A stretch of 63,171 bases of DNA, counting the filler, from Collodictyon triciliatum (Eukaryota), in assembly GCA_043381765.1 (NCBI GenBank). It is 8 parts of 8 records of this genome, joined end to end, with 100 filler letters (N's around TTAATTAATTAA, not from the genome) between each part and the next. Parts side by side here need not be neighbours in the genome. Positions count along the whole stretch, not along the records: positions 1 to 5,975 come from JBHJMP010003153.1; positions 6,076 to 15,180 come from JBHJMP010003155.1; 6 more parts are not named here. The stretch is one strand, 5' to 3'. Shown piece after piece: positions 1-12,200 of this stretch. How positions within the stretch are numbered: the first letter of the stretch is position 1; the number at the start of each line of letters is the position of its first letter. Under the pieces are notes generated by a model. The model did no database searches and had not been told where the DNA came from. It saw only the letters and a list, made by a program, of their open reading frames with translations. Made by a program: the position numbers and the translations under genes.

Positions 1-18
1 TTTTGTTTTTGTGTGTTT

Positions 19-65
<47 letters not shown>

Positions 66-148
66 GACAATGATAATATTTAACATATATCAAATTGTCT
101 ATTTCATGAGCAAATATGGTTGTATTGACAACATTTTATTCTTTCTAG

Positions 149-3100
149 GATTACGCTCTACCATGATAGTATTGCGGAGGCCATCCAGTCTCGGTACTTA
201 TTCAGTCAGGAGCACACTATCGGTGGTTGCAAAGGATTAGCAAAATGGTTGCATGAAAAATATTCAAAAGTATTGGATGAAAACCCTGAAACAGCGGCTG
301 AGATAGCCTATTTGTATGCCGAAGGGGAATGCTGGAAAGAATTGAACGACTACTTGTCGTCGGAATCGGTAATGAATTACATAGTCTGCAACAAAGCATA
401 CTCATCGACCCCTAGCTATTTCAATGTATATATATATATCTTCGTCTTTACTGAATTTCATGTGCGTATATGTAATAGTTCATCCTTAAAAAAAAAGTTA
501 CTACCTTCCTCAATCAAGGTTCTTAAAGCTCTCATGTCTGACAAGTATCATTTCGAATTTATCGACTATTGGAACCGTCTGAAGAAGGTTGGATATGACG
601 ATGTGAAGCCTTATGTCGAAGTTGTGAAGGCAAGTCGCTGACCTGATTTATGCGTTGTTTTTATGTTTTGTAACATTTATTCGATTGTCAATCCAGGCAA
701 ACGCTTCTATATGCTACGGGCTTGCCGATTACTACTATGATACACAAAACTACCAAAGATGCCAGGAACTATATGAGCTCATTATACTGTCAGTTCAAGG
801 CGATGGTTTGTGTTCTAATTATCTGGCATTAGCGGAAGGAAAGTATACAGACAAAAAAAAAATTAGATAAACTAAAATAGCAAATATACTTACTCATGTA
901 TATGAAGGTATGTTCTCACTCGCTTTTGTCAAAACTTTCTATTCGTAGATAAGAAAACGATCGATCTTTATTCAAGGCTATCTGATGTCTGCAGGCTACA
1001 AAAATCGTACAAAAAGGTATACGTCATTATATGTATATTATCGGTGTCGGTAAATAGAAATAGAGTGATAATTTAAGATTGTCCTTGTGATATGTTTTAA
1101 TCAAATCCCTCGAAATTCCAGGCCATAGAATATGCATCACAGGCCCTCAATAAATGCGAGTCTGTGAATGGCCCCGAGAGCAAAGATTATGGGAACATGT
1201 TGCACAAGATTGGACATCTGTATGAAGAGTCCCGGGTGTTCCAGAAAGTATGAAATCAAATTGTGGAAACAAAGCAAGAAGTTGAAAAATGTAGATGCAA
1301 TTGTTGATCTGAAACAAGGAACTAAACTTTTACCTCATCTTCATGAATAAACAGGCCATAGAATACTACTCCCAATCGTTAGCCATTGAGGAGAAGACCT
1401 ATGGGGATGATAACTTAATTTTGTGTGCTACATTAAGCAGCATAGCCATCCTTTGCCAGCAGATAGGGAGCTATCATGACGTAATGGCTTAGATATTATT
1501 ACAATTAAAATTTTATTACATAATGCCATATACTGACCATGCGCACGTTTTTTTATATTATCGTTCTTATTATTTTGTTGTTTTTATTTATTTCATAAAA
1601 AAAAAAAAAAAAGGCTTTAGGTAAATATAAAAGAGCATTAAACATTCTTGAAAAAGTGAAAGGGTTCGATAGCCCTGATGTTGCTGTTGTTCTCGTCCAC
1701 ATGAGTTGCGTCAGTCTGGTAGGGAGTTTCAACCCAGCCATCTGTTTTATGCATATTTAACCGTGGCTCGATTTTGTGTTCAGTCGCTGAACTAGAAGCC
1801 ATCTATCTCTGATTCTAGAAACTTGGGAAACTTCTCCAAGCAGTTGAATTTGGAAATCGAGCACAAGATATATGCAAAACTTCCTTTGGAGGAGAGCATC
1901 CAAACACACTCTCGTGTTCCGTAAACTTGGGCCATATTTTTCAAAAACTTGGACGGTAATTTTCTTCGCTATTCACATACACAAAAATCACAATCATCAT
2001 TGTAATCATGCTTAATGAGAGTTGAGATTATAAAAGGAGGAAAGAAGTGGTGGAATCATTTAGTTATTGATATCTGATATGATGACAGGCTTGAAGAGGC
2101 TCAAGGAGTCTATGAGCAGGTTACCCAAGTTGTCAAGAAGTCCACTGACTGTAAGCTCGACCTTGGAGCTCTACTACTGAACGTCTCTTCCATCCAGATT
2201 GCCCTTGGAAAGTACGTGGTTCCATGAATGAACCTCTCCTGTGTGCGCGATTTTGGGTGTTCAACACTCAATCTGAATGTGTGCAATAGGTACGGAGAAG
2301 CAGTGCAGACCGCAAGGAGTGCCTTAGATGAGAGGACCAAAAAAATGAAACCAGACAATCCGCATATCGGACTCGCTCATAACCATCTTGGACTAGCATA
2401 TATGTATGCCGGGGATATGGAGAAGGTTTTTTTTGTTTTTTGTTTTTTTTGTTTTTTGTTTTTTGTTTTTTTTTTTTTTTTTTTTTTTTTTTTTGGATAA
2501 ACAAGTCAGCAATCTTAAGAAAGAATTAACCAATCCACTGTAGGCCTTGGAATCATTTGTGGCAGCAATCATACACATCGAAAATGTCACATCCACTTGC
2601 GACCCTCTTCTAGTTCCTTGTCTGTTCAACCTTGCTTCTATTTTGATGACGTTGGGATGGTAATGATAATGGTTCTTTGCTATCATAGAAAGATACGAGA
2701 TATTCCTTACCGTTTAGCACCCATCAGGGAATCATGTTCTCATATTTAATTCCGGCTAACTGGTCTCCTCTAGTTTCGATGAGGCGGAGCTGGCATTAGA
2801 AAGAGTTGAGGAGATTAGAAAGGTGGTTGGAGATGATGACCGAATCGACTGCACAGGAGTCGAAATGGGGCGTGGATTGGTGCATAGACTGAAAGGAATG
2901 TTTGACGAGTCCATCTCACACTATGACAAAGTAAGAAAAAGCCTTCCTTCATCCCGAAGCTAGATGATGATATAAACAAACGAGTTAAATATTGTTTAAT
3001 ATTCTTTCTTTTTCTTTCTGCTTTTGCTCTTCTGCTTCTTTAATATCCTGTCAACTCGCCATGTGTATCACTGTTTTCTATGCTACCACGCTCATCATTC

Positions 3101-3628
3101 CACTGACGACCCGTACGCGCGCAGGAATTCAACATCCGAACAGAACAGTTCGGGCTGAGTCATATCGAAGTGGCCAAGGTCTTGAACAACATGGCTGTGG
3201 CGCACATACTGCAGAAGAAAGATGACGTAGGCTTTTCACCATTCCAATGTGTGCATATGTAACGATATAGATATACTCACTATCTATATCGCACACGCGT
3301 TTATGTCTCATAAGGACGCCCTGCAAGCGATTAGCCAGGCCATGGAGATATGTCACAACTACTATGGCGACCAAAACACCATGACATGGCCGTTCCTAGT
3401 AAACCAGGCGCTGGTCCAGAACATGGCAGTAAGTTAAACCCTGATTGCAGTATGGTTCTGCGTGAGACCATGGATAGACACGCAGCCCTCTAATCTGCTT
3501 TTCCCCACGCGCATCCGAAGGGCAAGGGCGAGGCAACAGCAACCCTGACGAAGGCCGTCGAGGCCAAGACAAAGATTGTCGGGGAGTCTCATCCGGAACT
3601 CGACCATCTGCGCTCCATTCTGGCATAG
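149..3628 (+). CDS. Multi-exon tetratricopeptide-repeat protein (kinesin-light-chain/nephrocystin-3-like TPRs), 5'-partial
   Basis: Short exons separated by AG-terminated introns translate to repeated TPR units, e.g. 'ALGKYKRALNILEKVKGFDSPDVAVVLVHM', 'FGGEHPNTLSCSVNLGHIFQKLG', 'PDNPHIGLAHNHLGLAYMYAG'. The last exon reads GKGEATATLTKAVEAKTKIVGESHPELDHLRSILA* with TAG at 3626-3628. Confidence 0.8.
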
Positions 3629-4185
3629 ACTCCGGCTAAGGCCTCTCCCTCTGTGTCTCTGCGGGTCTCCCTGACTCAATCTCTCTTTTTCTCGTTTTCT
3701 CTTTTCTCGTTTTCTCTTTTCTCGTTTTCTCTTTTCTCTTTTCTCTTTCTCGTGTTTTATTGTCCTTGCAAGTACATCAAACCATGCCCCAACCCCTCTT
3801 TACCTCATCGCCCTCGCTGCTTTATCTCGGCCGTCCAACCGGCCATCTCGCCATTCCAGCCCCGCACCCCTTCCCGCCCAAAACGGGTTACGTGCGCGAC
3901 TATTCCCTTTGGCCTCGCATCCCCGCTGCTCAGCCCGCCGAGAGCCTCGCAAATAAACTAAGCACCACAATGCCTGCAAGTTGGTTTGAGAGAGGGTGTT
4001 TGCTCAGCTACATCCCAGCGCTTCACGGGGGTTTATCTTTCCTCTCCTCTTTTTTTTATTCTTTTTTCTTTTCTTTTCTTTTCAACTGATTCGTTTATTT
4101 ATGACTGTGTGATTATGTCGCCCGCGATCAGAGGCTGGTGTTGCTGTTGCATTTCGCTTTCGATGTGGGTGCGAGTGCAAAAAGC

Positions 4186-5895
4186 CTAATGAGACGACCC
4201 TGGCGTGGACGTGCGTTTAAACATGTAGCGCCCGACGAAGCGAACAAAGGCCCCTTGTTTTTGGTTTTTGTTTTTTTTTCGGATTGTTGGGTCAGTTTTG
4301 TCGACATATGTTGATGAGTGATGTAATGTGATGATGTGATTACCGTATGGAATCATGATGATCGATATGGCCACACAGGCGCCCCATTCGCGTGCGTTGA
4401 GAGGGACAGTGCTGGAAAAGGCGCCTCCAAATTGGACGACCAAGACCTGTGTGATGTGAGTCTGATGTCAGCGGGGTGGTGTGCAGAGTTTTGTGGGGAG
4501 GAGATGGGCTTTGAAAGGGAGAGGATGGAGAAGGGGCTGCGCTTGCCTGGATGATTGTGATGACTATGATGATCACAATAAACATGCTGTTGCGAGTGAA
4601 TGCAGTGAAGATGTTGACGTCTGCAGATATACACGGTAGTTGGGTGATTCAGTGATGATGATGGTGGTGGTGATGATGGTGATGATGATGGTGGTGGTGG
4701 TGATAGTGATGATGGCGATGATTGTGTTCACCATTGTTGATGTTATGCGCGAGAGTCTCATTGCCGAGCTGGAGGATAATGAACGTGGTGAAGACGAGCG
4801 TGTGGATGACATCGAGGTCGTCGCTGCGGCGAAGTCCAGAGCTGTCTGAGTCACTAGGGTTGTAGTCAAGCCACTTGGGGACTTGGTAGCGCATGAGCAC
4901 AAGAACAACCACCTGTCGCATTGTGTTGTTGTATGTTCGTTAGTTTGATTCTACTGCACAAATATTCTGTTGTGTGTGGATACACTTGTACCTTGGGTAT
5001 AATGTTATTTTATTTTTTTTAAAAAAAAAAGGGAGGAGGAGAGGAGGAGGAAGGGATGTAGTATCAACGGTGATGATTCAGTACGGGCACCCAAAAAGAT
5101 GATATGCCACGTGGGGGGTCACCTGGTAGATGAATTGGGCAGCCATGTAGCGCATCATTGATTTTGTGATGAGATGGTCAGTCCTCTTGTTTCTGGTGTG
5201 GTTATGTTGATGTTTCATTATCATGATTCGTGACAGAGGGGAATGAGTAGCATTAACAAAAGGAACGCTGGGATGTGTCGAACCCCCCTTTTTCATAGTT
5301 TCATAACGATCGAATCGACATAAATAAAATGACGATGTATACATATAACACGAAAGCGGCAGCAGGATGAGACAGGTACAAGCATTTTTAGACCTCATAT
5401 TGAGTTATACACGGAATGGAAGGGGAGAAGAACAGGAACAAGAACAAGAACAAGAAGAAATTAAAAAAAAAAGAAAAAAGACAGAATGAACAGTAAGACT
5501 TTATAGTGAACTGTGTGGGTATATAAGAGGGCCGCTTACGGCTTTCGTTCCATGATTGCCGGGTCTGGGGGGTCGGTGGCGAGGGCGAGGGCTCCGAGCG
5601 TGTCCATGACAAGGTTGACCCATAGAAGCTGGACTGGTGTCAACGGCGATTTTCCGTCAATGATCGACCCAAGAATCACGATAAAGACAGCAACCTGTCA
5701 CACAAGAGGATTTGCTGGTGAGAGATTCATTCCTGATCGAGCGTCCAGTTGTATCTCATCTTTTGGATGCGTGATGGGGTTACCATGTTGACAGACAATT
5801 GGAACTGGAGGAACTTTTGGATACAGTCGTAGACATTGCGACCCCACCGGATTGCATTCACGATGGACCCAAAGTTGTCGTCCATGAGGATGATA

Positions 5896-5896
<1 letters not shown>
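4186..5896 (-). CDS. PMCA: Plasma-membrane-type (P2B) Ca2+-transporting P-type ATPase, C-terminal part (5' end lost at contig edge)
   Basis: Exons encode [81 protein letters not shown] and [22 protein letters not shown], which are hallmark PMCA hinge and M5-M10 motifs. Confidence 0.95.
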
Positions 5897-5948
<52 letters not shown>

Positions 5949-5975
5949 AATTTATAAAATTTTTTTTTGGGTGTT

Positions 5976-6075
5976 NNNNNNNNNNNNNNNNNNNNNNNNN
6001 NNNNNNNNNNNNNNNNNNNTTAATTAATTAANNNNNNNNNNNNNNNNNNNNNNNNNNNNNNNNNNNNNNNNNNNN
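5976..6075. other. Artificial contig linker N44-TTAATTAATTAA-N44; the same linker occurs at 15181-15280, 24385-24484, 33584-33683, 42782-42881, 48031-48130 and 57224-57323
   Basis: An identical 100-bp structure with a six-frame-stop core occurs seven times, usually flanked by simple repeats. Confidence 0.98.
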
Positions 6076-6250
6076 AAAGAGAAAGAGAAAGAGAAAGAGA
6101 AAGAGAAAGAGAAAGAGAAAGAGAAAGAGAAAGAGAAAGAGAAAGAGAAAGAGAAAGAGAAAAAGAAAAAGAAAGAGAAAAAGAAAGAGAAACATAAATA
6201 GATAAAGAAGCAGAAAGAGAAAGAAAAATAGAAAGAAAAAGAGAAAAGAA
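6076..6250 (+). repeat. (AAAGAG)n microsatellite at contig edge
   Basis: Direct tandem repeat, degenerating rightwards. Confidence 0.9.
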
Positions 6251-6271
6251 TAAGTCTATCTTGTCTTTACA

Positions 6272-9200
6272 TTGTATAGGCTTCCTCTGGTCATGAGTTC
6301 AGATATGATGCAGAGATGTGGCGGCTCGATACAAGCACCCATGTAGAGAACCACATTAGGGTGACGAAGCTCTCTAATAGGTCGGTGTGGGGTTAATTAT
6401 ATGCCAAAATGGTACATCAAATTAAAGGTAGTGTGCTACATACACCATTATCCTGACTTCGTCCTGAAATGCTTTGAGAACTGCTTGACTAGACGAATTG
6501 AAGTTGAGCTGTTTGATAGCAACTTCAGTTCCACGCCATATCCCTTGGAACACCTGTTTTTACTGAAATTTAGCGAAAGGAATCATATTATCATGAGAAA
6601 ATCTGAAACGGAGGTCGATATATTTTCGCCTATTTTTTTTATTTCAATAGAAAGAAAGAAATGATAGTTATAAACCTCCCCGAAGCTACCCGAACCAATC
6701 GATCTGTTAAAAGTTAAATCCTTTCGAGGAACGATTCCATATAACTTTTTCTCAGCGCCAGCAACATTTGCAGTCATTCGGCGATGATACCATATACCAA
6801 AGACAACAGCCAAAATAATAACTCCGCCCAAAGTTCCTCCAATTATGGCACCAATATTAATTGATGTTGAATTATCTTTATTGCCGTAATATTTATAGTT
6901 TTATTAGTGTTTATTTATAAAATAGCTGTGCTTTGAACAATTAGAAAATACATTATTTCAATAAGGTAATAAAAAAATAAACCAACCAGATTCGCACTTT
7001 TCCTATTAAAATGAAAAAATCAGTGTGCATTTCGTATTTTGACAGGTCGAATTAATAAAAGTATTTTTGTGGCTATGCACTAATTTGTGTCTTTTTCCCC
7101 CTTTATTCGATTCAAAGCACCACTATATGTCTTATAAACACTTTTGTTTGCGCTATCAATTATTGTTTCCTCTTCTGCAAAATTTGAGCCCAAACTTACT
7201 CCAGACAATTTATATCCATTTAAGCAAATGCACTGCAAACTGGTATAATCCATCTTGGAATTTAGGGGACATGCTAATTGTCATGATATCGTTTAAAATT
7301 CGATAATGTGCAATATGTAAGCGACATATATTTCTAGTATTATCATTACCTGCATGAGTTCAAAATTGAAAGGAAGAATAAAAAAAATCATTACCTGCAT
7401 GAGTCACTGAAAATCCCTCACATCCAGAGCAAGGAGCATTTGACCCTGTCTTTGATTCTACTGATATCAGCCTGATTCTGAATCCACTCGCTGAATTCCA
7501 TAAGTTGACTATTTGCCCATACTCGTCAGCAAAAGATTCGGTTGGAATCAAAGGTTGTTTAGAATCCATCCCTGTGACTATGAATCTGCATAAAAAAAAA
7601 AAAGAATGCAACATTGATTATAACAACAATAATAAGCATTTGGTTAACCATCTGATATTAAACATTCGCTTACAAGAAGGACGTGAGAAAACATGAGAAA
7701 ACATACGAATCCACGTTTCTAATCTGATTTTTAGTCGTAATGTAGTTGGCTAGGGGCAGCTCCCATGTGCAATTAGTGTTTTCGAGGTAGAGACCAGGGC
7801 CACTCCCGTCGTCAAATGAGTTGACTATAAATGAGCTATGTATTTCCTTCACAATATCAGGTGAGCAGAATCCTATATTTACGAGTTATAACTTAGAAAT
7901 TATGTTTTGAATTATGAATGGGTCTTTATTATTCGCAAGGAGAACAATTTTAGCGAAATTCATATCTCCTCGAGAATATAACCTGGTCTGTAGGCCACCA
8001 CTTGGTTTGTCATGGCAGAGCCGTCACTACCAGCAAACATCACCATAACCCCATTGAACGATGCACCGGAGTGGCGAGAGAGAGGTCCATATCCAATTAT
8101 AGAATTCGTGACTTGTACCGTTGTTTGTTTATTATAATCTGTGAGGGATACCAGTTCAGTTATGCTTATCATAAAATCCTCGAATTTTATGTTGGTAATC
8201 TATAAAAACAGCGGCAGCATATTAACATGCATTTAAATCATCTGGCTGATGTTTGAGTAATCGAAGCCAAACCGTTTTGAAGCATCAGCGCCACTTCTTT
8301 CTGGGTGTTGGAATCATAGCCAAAAATAACATTACTACCTTCAAAATCCCCACAGACTCCCTGGTGTATCCTTGGGTTACTTACTCCGGAATAAGATAAT
8401 AATTCCCATGACCCCGACGCTTTTATGTTACCAATAAGAGAGCGATAAATTTATTTAGTGGCATCTTATATTTAAAGTCATATAATATACAATAAGTGGT
8501 GGAAAACAAAAATGAGTTGAAAAGGTGTTTACCAGGGTTGTACACCCAAGCATCATTCATGATGGTTCCAGAAAATCCAAGCCCTCCATACATCATAATT
8601 CTATCGGAGCCTATGGAGCACATGGCGTGATTAAGGCGTCGCTCCTAAATATATATTACAGATACATTAATATTATTTTCTTTTGTAATGAGACACAAAC
8701 TAGGGCCCACATCTCATTCAAATTGAAATGCATAAAACGTACCGGTGTATTTCCAGTTATGTTTGCTGCTCTAGTTTCATTTTCATCTTCGTTAAATTCT
8801 ATAGCTGCAGAATAGAACTCGGTTCTTGAAACACCGCCAGCGAGCTTTAAAATAATTATTGAGTGAATATTTGAGCAAACAGCCCGAATGCACATTAAAC
8901 ATTTATAAGGTGGAATCAAATATTTATTTATGTTATTCAATTTAAGAATGTAAACCACCTGTCCACCCCACATCCACACGCTGCTTCCAAGCTGTGTTGA
9001 TGCAATTCCAATCCGGTTCAAAGGTCGTTGATTCCTGGAGAGCTTATTTGTCACTGCCAAGGTCCCCCATTCTCCCTTTACTGAAGGAGCGAAATGATTA
9101 TTACCGCGAGCAATGTCTTCTTTGGTAATAGGAATATCGCATGGAATTTAAATTGATGAAATAAAAAAAATGATTCAGGGTGTTTTTTCGATACCTAGGT

Positions 9201-12200
9201 CAAAGCTCCATATGTTTGAGTCATGAAAACCAACTTTTGTCTGTCCTCCGAAAATATATACAATGTCTCCTTTGACACCGACTACAGCACCCGAACGAGG
9301 TGACGGGCCCATTATACTTGACCCCGAAAATAGATTTTTCCAAGTTTCGGTTTCTAGATTGTTTACATATTGATTTACTCGCTGTATTTTCTATTTCATT
9401 TCCTTGTCGAGTGGTTTAATTTAGCTTATAATATCTTGTTTGTAACATATTTTGTGTTCGGATATCCTCGCTACACTCTGAATCGAATAAAGGAAAAAAA
9501 ATTTTGTGTTCGGATATTGATGAAAAGTGCTAACTTATATCAAATTTCCACAAATCATTCAGAAGCACTTCAGCTAAGTAAAATGTAGAGCCTCCAAATA
9601 TAATAAAGGTGTGGTCCTCGTATTTGCTGAACCCTGGGCTGGTGCGGTGGATAGGATATTGTCCAATTGAGGAGTCCGACCAAGTCCTCAATTCTTTATG
9701 GGTGGTCATGGTTGAATATCACAAGTACAATTATTTTTTTTCTTTTATTCGAATCACAAGTACAACTATAAACCAAGGTGAATTGGTGAATGTAGATAAT
9801 ACCCATGTCCCATGTCCAAATGTCATTTCCAATCACATTACTAGAACTACTTCCCCCGATAATCATAATACTAGACTCCAACATCGAGTGGCCAGCACTA
9901 TATTTCGGAGGCGGATTGGATAAGGGCAGTTCGGGTCCGTCCAACCCGTAGTTTTCTCGATATACAACATTTCCGTCATCTAATTATACAGTAATACAAA
10001 CACCGAGTTAAAACTAAATCAAGTAAAGCATAATCAAATTCATAAAATAAAAAGAAGAGTGGATATATTGCCTAAGGATATGATGATGATATCTTCCAGA
10101 GCCTCTCCTTGGCGAACACCACCAAACACGTGTAACTCATTCTGATATATGCCATAAGAGAATTTCTGGCGTCCAAACAAGCAAGTCCCACTTTCATCAT
10201 CACATGAAATGCACGAGTCCAGTTCCACTGCTCCAAGATTCGACCAAGAAAATGTTTCTAGAGGGAAGGTTTTTGAAACATGAAAAATTATACAAACTTT
10301 ATGCAAATGACAAGTACACATGGCAATAAATATACAAATATTAGTGTAGGATTCAAATTCAATAAATTTGGGGTAAACCAAGGTCAAGACTGAAGAGAAA
10401 GTCACTCTCGACTTTTCCGTTGTAGCCCCCAAAGATATATAAATGATTGTTGTAGACAACTCCAGCTCCATTAGATATTCCGATATTGATTCCGTTTGTT
10501 TTCATTAAAGTCCATTCATCAACCGCTAGATTTCAGGTATTTAATTGATAATAAAATAAGGTAAAATGTCAACAATAAATTACTAATTCAAGTAAATATG
10601 GTGAAATAATTCAAATGATACCAGGGTTGAATTTCCAAAGGTCAGATGATATAGTTGAATTTATCTTTTTTTTTTTTGAGACAAGATATGGTAAGTTGAT
10701 AAATTATTGTTGAGTGGCATATCAAAATAATAAGTTAGAACAAAAAGAAAATTACAAAAAACTAATACTAAACACTTACGTTGTACCCGCCATACATATA
10801 AATAAATTTGTCATGGCCGATACAAATGGAACCTGAAACTGGGTTCGGGTTGACAGATTTACGAGACCAAGTGTTGCTGTCGACATCGAGGCGGTATACA
10901 TAGGGGTCTGCGACCTCTGTTGCTCCTCCGATCAAGATTGCATACGAATCCATTCCCACAAAGCATGCGTCAGTATGGCTCGCTGGAATTGACCCATAAG
11001 CTTTTATCTGAGTCCAGGCAGTAGACACTAGAGGGTCTTTTGTTTAATAAACATGATAAAAGAAAAATATGCGACAGTAAAAATCATAATTGAATATTAA
11101 CAGGAGCTCCTAAGAAGTGGTATAGATTGCACCTTTTAATCTAGTTTTTTTTAACAAAATATCTTAATCATGAACAACATAACCTGATTTATCCCCTACA
11201 TAAACTACGTCCATAGGTAAAAGAGACGATAAAACTCGAGAGCTAGAGGATGTTCGCCCACCAACGACATAAACTTTGGAATTTATAGATGTAGAACTTG
11301 ATTGAACTAAAGGAGGTAAATACGATGCAAGTCCTCGTATTTCTGTTTGTTTTATGCTTTTTGACTCATCTACATGAAAGGGATGTAAAGTTTAATGTCA
11401 CTTTCTACGAACACTGGTGCGAAGGAGATATGCTTTTTTTTGTCCGTATGTACCATGTCTCGCAGCGGTATCTCTGAGAGAGGTGCACGTGTTCTTATCC
11501 CAAAATAAAATTACTTCATCAGCAGCACTATACATTTCGCATGTAAGTACAATTAAAATAGTGTAAATAATAGCTACCTGATTTTTACTAGGTTGTTCAC
11601 TTCCTGACGGACAACTGATGCACTCTCCACGAAAATTGATAAAGTGATTGATATCGCAGTAACAGCCATTTTTATCTACGTTGAACCCCTTCTTGCAATC
11701 TGTTAATGTAAAATAAAAAAGTTTCAATTGTGATTTGCAAACCAAAGGAGTTTATTTTTTATTCTTCCTCTCAATTCGTGCGAGATAGTGGGAAACCAAA
11801 TGAAGGTATGATATATTCGATCCAATATTTACTCACCAAACATTAAAAGCCGAAATCCAGCTCCCGGTGTTCCATTAAATGCCACATCAAAAGTTAGCAA
11901 TGCGCGCTTTGATGGGATTTTGATTACCGAACCACTCTGAAGACCATTCAATTTTAACTATTTATGCAATTAAACAGCTGAAATCAATTTGTTCGTTCCC
12001 ATATTTTTTTTTAAAAAAAAAAATAAGGATGTCAATAAGAAAATGAAAAAAATGTGCTTTATCATCCTTTTCTACTTTTTCTGACGTTTCATCACGAATG
12101 GTGATGTCTTCATCACATTTATCAATAGATTGAATCTCCAAGGAGGCTCCAGCACCCAAATTTATCGAGTCCACCTATGATAAAGGGAAAATGAACGGCT

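Noticed and set aside
4640-4735. Poly-His / poly-Met-Val ORFs
   Set aside because: These come from a trinucleotide low-complexity tract within a PMCA intron and are not coding.
6020-6031. Palindromic TTAATTAATTAA repeated seven times (possible TTAA transposon target or PacI-like site)
   Set aside because: It is always centred in N44 flanks, so it is an assembly linker.
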